Both the position numbers and the translations under genes were made by a program. This document shows positions 1 through 8,640 of a stretch of DNA of 12,160 nucleotides, in pieces (position 1 is the stretch's first letter; each line of letters begins with the position of its first letter). The notes under the pieces were generated by a model. The model was not told the origin of the DNA. It did no database searches and saw only the letters and a list, made by a program, of their open reading frames with translations. The DNA is from Chlamydiia bacterium (GTDB lineage Bacteria > Chlamydiota > Chlamydiia > Chlamydiales > JBMOFD01), in the NCBI GenBank assembly GCA_049314435.1, contig JBMOFD010000059.1, positions 1 through 12,160 on the forward strand, written 5' to 3'.

Positions 1-2
1 GG

Positions 3-932
3 GAGCAGATTGTTCAGAAACAGGAGATCGAAGGATGGGGCGCTGGGATCATTAACCGACTCAGCAAGGATCTTCTTTCTGAGTTCCCGGGCATATCTGG
101 ATTTTCCAGGACCAATCTCGGTCGGATGAAGGCTTGGTACAAAGCCTATGCAATTTCCCCACAGGTTGTGGGGAAATTAGAGGGTATCCCGCTGTTTTCC
201 ATTCCATGGGGACACAATATCATTCTCATAGAGCGGCTGAAGGATAACGACCAAAGACTGTGGTATGCCCATCGATGCTTGGAATGTGGGTGGAGTCGGA
301 ATGTGCTCGAAATGCAGATCGAGTCCGGTCTGTACACGCGTCAAGGTAAGGCCTTGACGAACTTTCAGAGGACTCTCCCCCCGTCGCATTCGGATCTTGC
401 CCAGCAGACCCTCAAAGATCCCTATGCATTCGACTTTTTGAGTATGGAAGACCAGGCACTAGAGCGACAAATAGAAGATGGTATGACAGCCCAAATCCAG
501 AAGGTGTTGCTCGAGTTTGGCTCTGGCTTCACCTTTGTAGGACGTCAATACCCCATTGAAGTGAGTGGTGAGACTTACTTCATCGATCTCCTCTTCTACC
601 ACCTACAACTTGGTTGTTTCATCGTTGTGGAGCTAAAGGGAGGTAAGTTTCTGCCCGAACATGCAGGGAAGATGAACTTCTATCTAGCCGCCATCAACGA
701 TACGCTGAAGCATCCAGGTCATGCTCCAGCAGTTGGTATGATCCTGTGCAAGACCAAAGACAAGCTCACGGTCGAGTATGCTCTGAGCGGAAGTACGATG
801 CCCATTGGTGTGGCGAGCTATATTACCAAATCCATGGACGAGCTCCCAAGGGACATGCAGAGGAAGTTGCCCACGGTCGAGGAGCTAGAGATGGAGCTAG
901 GTATCGTAAATGAAGAAATCTTGGTGGAATAG
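3..932 (+). CDS. yhcG: YhcG-family (DUF1016) PD-(D/E)XK nuclease-domain protein, 5' end outside the window
   Basis: The frame is open from position 3 (EQIVQKQEIEGWGAGIINRLSKDL..FPGISGFSRTNLGRM), which is the typical DUF1016 N-terminal motif, so ATG 126 is internal. Other family motifs are IPWGHN, WSRNVLEMQIES..Y.RQG, LKDPY.FDFL, F.FVGRQ, the catalytic-type IDLLFYH...VVELK and the terminal LPT.EELE. Confidence 0.93.
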   Translation, partial: EQIVQKQEIEGWGAGIINRLSKDLLSEFPGISGFSRTNLGRMKAWYKAYAISPQVVGKLEGIPLFSIPWGHNIILIERLKDNDQRLWYAHRCLECGWSRNVLEMQIESGLYTRQGKALTNFQRTLPPSHSDLAQQTLKDPYAFDFLSMEDQALERQIEDGMTAQIQKVLLEFGSGFTFVGRQYPIEVSGETYFIDLLFYHLQLGCFIVVELKGGKFLPEHAGKMNFYLAAINDTLKHPGHAPAVGMILCKTKDKLTVEYALSGSTMPIGVASYITKSMDELPRDMQRKLPTVEELEMELGIVNEEILVE

Positions 933-983
933 CATACATCTTTTGAGCAGTTGAAGACTTGGCCGGTTGATTGCTGCCGTAGA

Positions 984-1032
984 TGGAATGGAAGGCCTCT
1001 CTCCCATGAATGGGAGAGAGGCCTTCCTTCCA
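984..1032. terminator. Long inverted repeat between convergent yhcG and clpB; probable bidirectional terminator or REP-like palindrome
   Basis: Perfect 17-bp stem GGAAGGCCTCTCTCCCA (990-1006) / TGGGAGAGAGGCCTTCC (1011-1027) with a TGAA loop. It extends 5 bp further (TGGAA/TTCCA) across a 1-nt bulge. There is no clear U-tract on either side. Confidence 0.6.
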
Positions 1033-1081
1033 AGACCTTGAAGTCGCCCTTGGACTTCCCAATTTGTCCCTTTCGGGAAAA

Positions 1082-3679
1082 CTACCCCTTCACGGACGGC
1101 TCCGCGACGATCTTTTGGCCCTTCTGTTCGAGAAGGAGATGGTCTCCAGCCGAGACCTGACCATTCAAGATCATGGAGCTCAACGGGTTCACTACATCGG
1201 TCTGGATGAGACGCTTCAATGGTCGTGCCCCAAAGAGCGGATCATAGCCATGTTTAGCCAGATTCTCTACCACGGCAGGCGTCCACTCCAAGGTGACCTG
1301 ACGCTCAGCAAGACGTGGACGCAGTCGCTCTAGCTGTAGGACGACGATCTGTGCCATGTCCTCACGACGGAGCGGTAGGAAAGCCAGGGTGTCGTCCAGA
1401 CGGTTGAGGAACTCGGGCCGGAAATACTCCTTCAACACAGGCTGGAGGATATCTAGGAGCTCTTTCTGGTTCAGAGCGTGTTGCTTCTGTAGGTGCTCTA
1501 GGAGTAGATCCGATCCCAAGTTGGAGGTCATGATGAACAGCGCATTCCGGCAGTTCACATGACGACCCTTCCCATCAGTCAGTCGACCATCATCGAAAAT
1601 CTGTAAAAGAATGTTGAACACGTCGGGGTGGGCCTTCTCGATCTCATCCAGGAGCACAACTGCATAAGGACGTCTACGCAGAGCCTCGGTCAGCTGACCG
1701 CCCTCATCATAGCCAACATAACCGGGAGGGGAGCCGATGAGGCGACTGACACTGTGCTTCTCCATGAATTCCGACATGTCGAACCGGAGAAGAGACTCCT
1801 CTTGATTGAAGAGCTGTTCAGCAAGCGCCTTGGCCAGCTCGGTCTTGCCCACCCCAGTCGGTCCACAGAATAGAAATACGCCCAAAGGACGGTGAGGATC
1901 GCTTAAGCCCGAGCGTGATCTGCGGATCGCCTCGCAGACTGCATGGACAGCGGCATCTTGACCCACCACGCGCTTTTCAAGAGCCGACTCCAGATGGAGA
2001 AGCTTTTGCGCCTCACCACCCACCAGACGAGATACGGGGATCCCTGTCCACTTGGCGACCACCTCAGCAATGAGCCTTTCATCCACCTCTTCCTGAAGCA
2101 GGCGATTGGGCATCGCATTGAGCTTCTCTTGAGCTTCCTTGATCTCTGTCTCCACCGCTGGGATCAGGCTGTAGCGCAGTTCTGCCACGCGGTTGTAGTC
2201 CGCCTTGCGGTCTGCCTCGTCCGCCTGGAAGCGCAGCGTCTCCAGAGAATCTTTTTTGCTCTGCAGGGTAGAGATGAGCTTCTTCTCCTCATCCCAGCGC
2301 TGCCTCAGGTGCGCTAACTCCTGCTTCGCCTCAGCGATCTGGCTCTCTAAGCGGTCCAGTTCAGCTTTGGAGGCTGGAGTGTTCTCCCGCTTCAAGCCCT
2401 CTTGCTTCACAAGCATCTGAGAGAGTTCCCTCTCTTTGATGTCGATGGGAAGAGGACGACTGCCGAGCTGCATACGAATCAAGCTGGCGGCCTCGTCGAT
2501 CAAGTCGATCGCCTTGTCGGGGAGTCGACGATCGGGGATGTAGCGCACGGAAAGCATGACAGCAGCGGTCAGAGCCCCTTCTGTGATGCGAACGCTGTGG
2601 AAAATCTCGTACTTCTCTCTTAGCCCACGCAGAATCGCAATCGCATCCTCGGGACTTGGTTCCTGAACGTACACCGGTTGGAAGCGTCGCTCCAGAGCAG
2701 CATCCTTCTCGATGTACTTCTGATACTCATTAAGGGTCGTCGCACCGATGCAGTGCAGAGTTCCTCGAGCCAGAGCCGGCTTGAGTAGGTTTGCCGCATC
2801 CATGGATCCCTCAGAGGCGCCTGCTCCCACAAGAGTGTGGGCTTCGTCAATGAAGAGGATCACAGTCCCTTCGCTCTTTTCGACTTCCTGCAAGATGCTC
2901 TTAAGGCGCTCCTCAAACTCTCCGCGATACTTCGTCCCAGCGATCAGGGCTCCCATATCGAGAACCAGGAGCTGCTTGTCTTTGAGAGACTCGGGTACAT
3001 CCCCCGAAACGATTCTCTGGGCGAGACCTTCCGCAATGGCCGTCTTCCCTACGCCAGGCTCCCCAATGAGCATGGGGTTGTTCTTGGTGCGGCGGCTCAG
3101 GACCTGGATCGTACGTCGGATCTCCTCATCGCGCCCGATGACCGGATCCATCTTGCCCTGACGCGCCAACTGCGTCAGGTTGCGGCAGTACTTATCCAGA
3201 GCCCGGAAGGTCTGCTCGGCATTCGCAGAGTCGACCTTGCGGTTCCCACGGAGCTGCTGGATCTTAGCTTGCAACTGGGCCGTAGAGACATTGCTCTTGC
3301 GCTGGAGACTCAGTAGCGGTTCAGGTGCTTGAGCCCAAAAAGCCAGAAGGAAGTGGTCAACTCCTATGAAGGAGTCTCCCATGTCGTGGGCCAGTGCTTG
3401 AGCCTGCGCAATCCTGTTTTGCAGGCCTGTAGATGGATTAGGGCGCTGTGATGTGCCGCTGAAGGTGGGCTCACGCGCAATGTGCGTACGGAGTTCCTCT
3501 TGGAGCTGCGTTACCGGAACGGGGATGCTCTCGAGGATCGATCGTACATAGCCTTCAGAATCTTCTAGCAGGGCTAGGAGAAACTGATTCTCAGTCGTCT
3601 CAGTCTTGCGATGAGCTGCTGCTTGAGAAAGAGCCGTTTCAAACGCTTGTTGAACTGCTTCGGTGAACTGTGGGGCCAT
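1082..3679 (-). CDS. clpB: ATP-dependent disaggregase chaperone ClpB (865 aa)
   Basis: Clp N-domain; NBD1 with [12 protein letters not shown], Walker A GEPGVGKT, pore loop [11 protein letters not shown] and Walker B FIDEAH; long coiled-coil M-domain ([11 protein letters not shown]); NBD2 with [20 protein letters not shown] and GARPLKR. No IGF/L ClpP-docking loop follows TSNLGS. Confidence 0.98.
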   Translation of the reverse strand: MAPQFTEAVQQAFETALSQAAAHRKTETTENQFLLALLEDSEGYVRSILESIPVPVTQLQEELRTHIAREPTFSGTSQRPNPSTGLQNRIAQAQALAHDMGDSFIGVDHFLLAFWAQAPEPLLSLQRKSNVSTAQLQAKIQQLRGNRKVDSANAEQTFRALDKYCRNLTQLARQGKMDPVIGRDEEIRRTIQVLSRRTKNNPMLIGEPGVGKTAIAEGLAQRIVSGDVPESLKDKQLLVLDMGALIAGTKYRGEFEERLKSILQEVEKSEGTVILFIDEAHTLVGAGASEGSMDAANLLKPALARGTLHCIGATTLNEYQKYIEKDAALERRFQPVYVQEPSPEDAIAILRGLREKYEIFHSVRITEGALTAAVMLSVRYIPDRRLPDKAIDLIDEAASLIRMQLGSRPLPIDIKERELSQMLVKQEGLKRENTPASKAELDRLESQIAEAKQELAHLRQRWDEEKKLISTLQSKKDSLETLRFQADEADRKADYNRVAELRYSLIPAVETEIKEAQEKLNAMPNRLLQEEVDERLIAEVVAKWTGIPVSRLVGGEAQKLLHLESALEKRVVGQDAAVHAVCEAIRRSRSGLSDPHRPLGVFLFCGPTGVGKTELAKALAEQLFNQEESLLRFDMSEFMEKHSVSRLIGSPPGYVGYDEGGQLTEALRRRPYAVVLLDEIEKAHPDVFNILLQIFDDGRLTDGKGRHVNCRNALFIMTSNLGSDLLLEHLQKQHALNQKELLDILQPVLKEYFRPEFLNRLDDTLAFLPLRREDMAQIVVLQLERLRPRLAERQVTLEWTPAVVENLAKHGYDPLFGARPLKRLIQTDVVNPLSSMILNGQVSAGDHLLLEQKGQKIVAEPSVKG

Positions 3680-3891
3680 CTATGCACCAAGGGTAATCAA
3701 TCTATCTGCCAAATATAGGTCGTGGGAGTCGACTCAGCCCACTACCTAACGGTAGGGGCCCAGCATAGCAGATTGAAGCGCTTTCTGCGACCCTGGTTGG
3801 GTGCAAAGAACGCGCTCTCTCGGCAATTACCCATACCTTTCCAACAATTGACCACCTCCTTAGTGTGAAACCTTTTTTCCGGGAGTCGATC

Positions 3892-5382
3892 ATGCGCACA
3901 CGACTGGCAACGTTCCTTTGGGCTCTCGAATCTATGGTGATGCCATCCCTGCTTTTCTCAGGGCAGCTTACGCTATTCACGTTCAACGATGTGTATCGCA
4001 TGAGCCCTCATAATGGGTTCGGAGGCCTATCTGGGATGGCTACCCTCCTGAAGTGTGAGCGGTTACATTGTCCCCATCATATCACCTGCGTGAATGGGGA
4101 CTTTCTCTCTCCAAGTCTTATGAGCACGCTCACGCACGGCGTTCACATGGTGCAGATTTTCAACGAGATCGGAGTTGATCTCGTGGTGTTAGGGAACCAT
4201 GAGTTTGATTTTGGAACGCGCAACATAGTCGATCTATTGGGATGTAGCCGATTCCAGTGGCTGGGAGCGAACTGCCTGGATGCGCAGGGATACCCCCTCA
4301 CGGGAAGAAGTCAGTTCAGGATCGAGGAGGTGGGGGGGGTTAAGGTGGGCTTCTTCGGTGTGGTCACGCCCGATACGGCGTGGCTTTCTAAGGCCGACGA
4401 GGGGGTCCGCTTCAAGCCTGTGGTCCAAACGGCCAAGGAGATGATCCAGGAGTTGAAGAGGTTGGGTTGTGAGGTGTTTATTGCCCTCACACACTTGTCT
4501 ATTAACGAGGACCGCTTGTTAGTACAGCAGTGCCCTGATCTGCACTGTGTGCTGGGTGGTCATGAGCATTTTCCGCTCACTTGGTATGAGGGAAATACCT
4601 TCATTCATAAGTCTGGCTACGACGCGCAGTTTCTCTGTCGCATTGACTTAGAGATCACACGCACCAGCAAAGGTGTGCCTCAGGTCGTGCCTTCATGGAG
4701 GATGATCGCTAATCGCGGTCAGGTAGCTGACAGGAGCATCTCGGCTCTTGTGGCAAGCTATGAGCAGGAGCTGGATGCGCAGCTCAACACTCCAGTCGCG
4801 ATTCTCCCGGGAGATCTAGATAGCCTCTTAGTGAGATCGGCTGAGAGCAGCTTTGGTGACCTCGTCGCCGATGCGCTTTGTCATGCAATGCATGCCGATT
4901 GCGCGGTGGTGAATGCTGGGGCCATCCGAGGAGGAAGGGAGCACCATGCTGGGCCCATGTTGAAGGCAGCGTTGGTGGCCGAGATGCCCTTCACGAATCA
5001 CGTTGGAGTCCTTGCACTGACGGGGGAGCAGCTCCTCAAAACGCTCGAGCATGGTCTGCATTTCTTTGGGGAGGGCCGAGGTTCCTTCCTCCAGGTGAGC
5101 GGTCTGCAGGTGCTGTTTGATCCAACCGCCACGGTTGGACATCGGGTCTTGAGGGTTCTCATCAACGATACCCTACTGGACCTACAAGCTACGTATCAGG
5201 TGGCGTGTCTCGATTACCTGATCGCGGGAGGCGATGGTTACACCTTCCTGGGTGGAGCCCCCCTCGCCTGCCGACCGGATGATGGTCCACTGGCGATCGA
5301 AGCGATCGTGGATTATCTGACTCAGGGAAAATGGCTATCTGTGCCCCTTGGTCAAAGGCTTCTTCTTCAGGCTTCGAGCTAG
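3892..5382 (+). CDS. Bifunctional metallophosphatase/5'-nucleotidase (UshA/CD73-like), probably exported
   Basis: Calcineurin-like metallophosphoesterase motifs NDVY, GDFLSPS, GNHEFDFG, LTH and GGHEH. C-terminal 5'-nucleotidase domain motifs R..ES.FG...AD, NAGAIRG, PF.N, QVSG and YL..GGDGY. The start is placed at ATG 3892 because GGGAG (3881-3885) lies 6 nt upstream and MRTRLATFLWAL... resembles a signal peptide. Confidence 0.93.
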   Translation: MRTRLATFLWALESMVMPSLLFSGQLTLFTFNDVYRMSPHNGFGGLSGMATLLKCERLHCPHHITCVNGDFLSPSLMSTLTHGVHMVQIFNEIGVDLVVLGNHEFDFGTRNIVDLLGCSRFQWLGANCLDAQGYPLTGRSQFRIEEVGGVKVGFFGVVTPDTAWLSKADEGVRFKPVVQTAKEMIQELKRLGCEVFIALTHLSINEDRLLVQQCPDLHCVLGGHEHFPLTWYEGNTFIHKSGYDAQFLCRIDLEITRTSKGVPQVVPSWRMIANRGQVADRSISALVASYEQELDAQLNTPVAILPGDLDSLLVRSAESSFGDLVADALCHAMHADCAVVNAGAIRGGREHHAGPMLKAALVAEMPFTNHVGVLALTGEQLLKTLEHGLHFFGEGRGSFLQVSGLQVLFDPTATVGHRVLRVLINDTLLDLQATYQVACLDYLIAGGDGYTFLGGAPLACRPDDGPLAIEAIVDYLTQGKWLSVPLGQRLLLQASS

Positions 5383-5453
5383 CTGGGTCGTTGCGCCTAT
5401 TCCAGCGATCCCTTATGCGGAAGGTAGAGATTCTGGATGTAGGGGACGACAAC

Positions 5454-5885
5454 ATGCGATGGCTTCGAGGTGGTCTACTGATGATGGTGGGATTGGGTGC
5501 TGTTGCGGATGCAGCGGGACCTGAGATGGTGAACATCACCGAACAGCCGCGTGTCAATCCAAGGCATCGAGCCCTGCTTGCCGCTCATGACGTACCGATG
5601 TATGGCCGGATCGTGCGTATTGAGCAACCCGACATCATCGTGGGTGAAGCGGTCTCTTCGGACGGGAAGAGGGGGCTTGGGGTTTTTACCTTCTTCCAAG
5701 TTCATCCCTTGGATCAGACGGCCTTGGCTATGGCTTTGCACCATATCCCCTACCGACTGGTCTACAATGACCGACAGGGATGCGGCAATGGGATGGGAGC
5801 ACTTGTGATGCAGATGGAGCACCAAGGCCGTGTACGTAGCCTCGTGATGACCGCGCTCAAGACTCTTACTGGAGGAGAGTACTAG
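5454..5885 (+). CDS. Hypothetical protein with predicted Sec signal peptide (143 aa)
   Basis: ATG 5454 is preceded by AGGGGA (5441-5446). The N-terminus MRWLRGGLLMMVGLGAVADA has basic n-region, hydrophobic h-region and an A-D-A cleavage motif. It fills the gap between flanking genes without overlap. I recognise no family. Confidence 0.7.
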   Translation: MRWLRGGLLMMVGLGAVADAAGPEMVNITEQPRVNPRHRALLAAHDVPMYGRIVRIEQPDIIVGEAVSSDGKRGLGVFTFFQVHPLDQTALAMALHHIPYRLVYNDRQGCGNGMGALVMQMEHQGRVRSLVMTALKTLTGGEY

Positions 5886-5904
5886 AGAGAGTGTCTGCAC
5901 ATGG

Positions 5905-6867
5905 TTAAAGTGGTAGTTCTAAAAAGTCTTCCTTGTTTTCAATATGTTGGTAGAGAGCCAAATCACTCTTTTTCCCGACCTCATTAAGAACGACAGAAGA
6001 GAACTTATAGTCTCGCCAGTCTGCTCCGGACAATAGCATGTCACCCTCTGTCATCGGCTTTAGGCTTTCTGCACAGAAATTTTGCATTACCGTGCATACC
6101 TCGGCGACGCTATTCGACTCGTTTCTCAAGCCCTTTGAAATGCGGATGGAATGCTCTAGCGATTTGTTCAGCCAGTCCACCATGTGCTTGCAGTATGAAA
6201 AATTATTTCCAACGCTATACGTTGGACGCACCTTTGTAAGTATCTCCCAGTGAACAAGCTGAGTTATTGCATCCGTATAGGCACGCTTGCCTTGATCGTT
6301 AAGACTAAGGGTCTCGGCATTAACGCAATACGTATCAAAGCCTGGGGAGGCTCGACTCGTTGCATATCCGTTAAGATGATGTCTAAGCAGCCGGCGTAGC
6401 CTGGTTGCGAATTCGACATCGACTTCCGGATCGCGGCGCTCGGCAAACGCCTGCTTAACGTCCATAGAGATTTGATCGGTCTCGTGGTCAAACCTAGGAA
6501 GATGCTCAGATTTCCAGCAGCCCCAGGAGCATAGGCAGTGATGTTGCAATCGAGCAGCCACTAGGACTAGGGGCATAATAGGCCGACCATCCGGACTCTC
6601 CGCTCTTTTGAGCAGCTCAAGCAACGAGGCGCGGCATGCAAGGGCTCGTGTATTACGATTGAATTTATACCTAAGGTAGTCAGAGAGTTCATCCACAACC
6701 CACGTGATCAATTGGGTCGAGTCAGTTGTGGCACCAATTTCAATGAGTCGACGAAGCGTCGCTCCAACTTGGTAATCACGGGTCCCCTGTTCAAAGGCGT
6801 CCGGATCGAACAATTTAGCTACGTGGTTTTGAATTTGACCAGGCGGTTGAACTTGGTTGACATTCAT
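5905..6867 (-). CDS. Hypothetical protein (320 aa), possible type III-secreted effector
   Basis: Long ORF with SD-like AGAGG upstream and an AT-rich upstream region. GC is lower than in clpB (sampled lines mostly 40-45% versus about 60%). It has no signal peptide or obvious TM helix, and the N-terminus is N/Q/P-rich. The effector role is inference only. Confidence 0.8.
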   Translation of the reverse strand: MNVNQVQPPGQIQNHVAKLFDPDAFEQGTRDYQVGATLRRLIEIGATTDSTQLITWVVDELSDYLRYKFNRNTRALACRASLLELLKRAESPDGRPIMPLVLVAARLQHHCLCSWGCWKSEHLPRFDHETDQISMDVKQAFAERRDPEVDVEFATRLRRLLRHHLNGYATSRASPGFDTYCVNAETLSLNDQGKRAYTDAITQLVHWEILTKVRPTYSVGNNFSYCKHMVDWLNKSLEHSIRISKGLRNESNSVAEVCTVMQNFCAESLKPMTEGDMLLSGADWRDYKFSSVVLNEVGKKSDLALYQHIENKEDFLELPL

Positions 6868-6900
6868 GATTACGGCCTCTTTTTGTTTTTACTACCTATC

Positions 6901-6906
6901 ATTATA
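6901..6906 (-). promoter_or_regulatory. Putative sigma66/70 -10 element for the 320-aa gene
   Basis: Perfect TATAAT on the minus strand 33 nt upstream of the ATG, in an AT-rich tract. There is no convincing TTGACA-like -35. Confidence 0.45.
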
Positions 6907-6960
6907 CGGGATATTTGTTTGATTTAGATAAATGTATTAAATATATGTGCGGGATCGATA

Positions 6961-7047
6961 AGGGGAAGGGTAGGGGCAGGATCTAGGCTAAGGGCAGGTT
7001 CTAGGGGCAGGTCCAGGCTAGGGGCAGGTTTTAGGGGTGGGGATGGG
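6961..7047. repeat. G-rich imperfect tandem repeat, core TAGGGGCAGG
   Basis: Core copies at 6971 (TAGGGGCAGG), 6989 (TAAGGGCAGG), 7002 (TAGGGGCAGG), 7019 (TAGGGGCAGG) and 7032 (TAGGGGTGGG). Start spacings of 18/13/17/13 give a higher-order 30-31-nt unit. The + strand has 45 G and 10 C in 87 nt. Confidence 0.85.
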
Positions 7048-7080
7048 CTGTGCAGTCGCCTGATCCCTCAGTCACATTCC

Positions 7081-8616
7081 CTAGACCCCACCGCCCAACT
7101 GAGCGATGCGCTCTTCGACTCGTTCCAGAAGAGGGGGGACATGCTCGGCTGTCGCCAAGAGGGCACGTAGCTCTGCAGCGTGCCGAGCTGCGTGGTGTAC
7201 GTCTAGTCGAGCCAGGTAGAGTTCTGTGAGGAGATAGAGCAGCTGGGCATCGCGAGCTCCCTGATCATAGGCGATTGCGAGCTCAGATAGAGCCTCTCCC
7301 AGTCTTCCCAACTGCAAATAGATCACAGCGAGCTGCTCTCTTCCCGAAAAGAAGCGCGGGCTGCGCTCGAGGGCTGATCTCAGCCGCTGCGCATATTCCT
7401 TGAGAGCCACATGCGTAGGATCCACCTGTTCAAAGAGTAGGGCTAGCCCCTCAGCGTCTACTTCTCCATCGAGGATCTCCCCAATGAGAGACATGGGCAC
7501 GATCTGCTGGTCGTCCACGTAGGCACGCAGCGGTTCCAAGGTCTCCCTCGCTTCTTTCAGCTGGCCTGCCATGAAGTAGGCGATCCCTAAAGCTCGGTGC
7601 AGAATCGGTTCATCACCCATGTAAGGCTTTGCACGTAGATAGAGCGCAATCGCCTCGTCGGGCTTCCCTTGATGAAGGGGCACAGCCGCAGCGTTGTAGA
7701 GGCTCATGCCGATGACTTCTTTGAGCGTGTGAGTAGAGAGAGCCTTGGTGGTCAGACCTAGATAGGCATGGGTAGGCAGATGCACACCATGAGCCGTCGT
7801 CTCGATATTCCAGATCAGATCACCTTGGTGGTATCGGATGTAGATGTGGCCAGGCGGTGTGATGATCTCCAGTGGCAGACCAAGGCGTTGCGCTAGGCAA
7901 AGGTAGAGCTGGCTCACACCTTGGCACACCCCTTTACGTCGGTCCATCACCTGGCTGAGTAGCGTCCACTGGTCGATCTCCAACGTCATCCTGGAGTGAG
8001 CAGGGAATCGAAAGCGCTGCTGCACAAAGACGTAGTCATTGAGGGCCCGAAGGAGATCGATCGGAGAGGGATCCTCTGGCAGCTGCGCTAGAACCTGGAG
8101 AGCCATCAGGTCAAGGCAGTGCTCGTAGGACTCGATCACATCGATGGGAATGCGTTGCGTCAGAAGAAGTCCACGGGCCAGATCGATCTCCTCGACGGGG
8201 AGCGCTTGGAGGTCCTCTTCTGTTTCGATGAGGCGCCCCAGTAAATGGCGGTGCTTGAGACGGTGCTGCAAGCGTAGCAGAACGTGCTTCTGTTCCGCGC
8301 TCAGGACAGGGGGAGGATCCGACTGAGGAAAGATGAACCGGTTGACCATCTTATGCACGAGGTCTGCCGGCCAAGCAGGGGGAGGATCTTCCGAGGGCTC
8401 CCCAGACAGCAGGGCCCACACGCGCTGTCTGGCTTGGCGGCCTTCAGAGCACCCTGGAAAGAGCTCAGCAAAGGCGGCCATCTCATGCAAGGAACGCGGC
8501 TGCAGACTCTCAAAGAGAGCTCGCCTTTGTGCGTCCTGCATGACGGGTGGTGTGGCCACGAGAGTAGCGCACCAGGCTAGACCGATCGATCGCCGAAGAG
8601 TGGAGAAGAGTCCCAT
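7081..8616 (-). CDS. Transglutaminase-like (SirB1 N-terminal/Transglut_core2-type) domain plus TPR protein, resembling the chlamydial CT114 family
   Basis: Motifs LRALNDYVF...FRFP, LSQVMDRRKGVCQGVSQLYLCLAQRLGLPL..ITPPGHIYIRY and NIETT..G, followed by TPR-like helices (DEAIALYLRA, LGIAYFMAG.LKEA, LAVIYLQLGRLGEA). The start is placed at ATG 8616 because MGLFSTLRRSIGLAWCATLVA resembles a signal peptide and a -10 element lies just upstream. The CT114 likeness is from recall. Confidence 0.85.
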   Translation of the reverse strand: MGLFSTLRRSIGLAWCATLVATPPVMQDAQRRALFESLQPRSLHEMAAFAELFPGCSEGRQARQRVWALLSGEPSEDPPPAWPADLVHKMVNRFIFPQSDPPPVLSAEQKHVLLRLQHRLKHRHLLGRLIETEEDLQALPVEEIDLARGLLLTQRIPIDVIESYEHCLDLMALQVLAQLPEDPSPIDLLRALNDYVFVQQRFRFPAHSRMTLEIDQWTLLSQVMDRRKGVCQGVSQLYLCLAQRLGLPLEIITPPGHIYIRYHQGDLIWNIETTAHGVHLPTHAYLGLTTKALSTHTLKEVIGMSLYNAAAVPLHQGKPDEAIALYLRAKPYMGDEPILHRALGIAYFMAGQLKEARETLEPLRAYVDDQQIVPMSLIGEILDGEVDAEGLALLFEQVDPTHVALKEYAQRLRSALERSPRFFSGREQLAVIYLQLGRLGEALSELAIAYDQGARDAQLLYLLTELYLARLDVHHAARHAAELRALLATAEHVPPLLERVEERIAQLGGGV

Positions 8617-8623
8617 GAGACGG

Positions 8624-8632
8624 AGTATACCA
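8624..8632 (-). promoter_or_regulatory. Putative extended -10 promoter (TGnTATACT) for the transglutaminase-like/TPR gene
   Basis: The minus strand reads TGGTATACT-CCGTCTC-ATG, with no SD between the element and the ATG. Confidence 0.5.
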
Positions 8633-8640
8633 AATGGGGG

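Noticed and set aside
818..1333. Short ORFs spanning the yhcG-clpB junction (818-1033, 823-1062, 951-1160, 1010-1333)
   Set aside because: They overlap real genes and the palindrome. The mirrored GRPLSH.WERGLP peptides are an artefact of the inverted repeat.
1082..3679. ClpC, ClpA or T6SS ClpV assignment
   Set aside because: The long ClpB-type M-domain, absence of an IGF/L loop and lack of T6SS genes all favour ClpB.
3680..3891. CIRCE (HrcA) operator upstream of clpB
   Set aside because: No TTAGCACTC-N9-GAGTGCTAA-like sequence on either strand.
6961..7047. CRISPR array
   Set aside because: The cores are only 10 nt with 3-8-nt non-unique spacers, and no cas genes are present.
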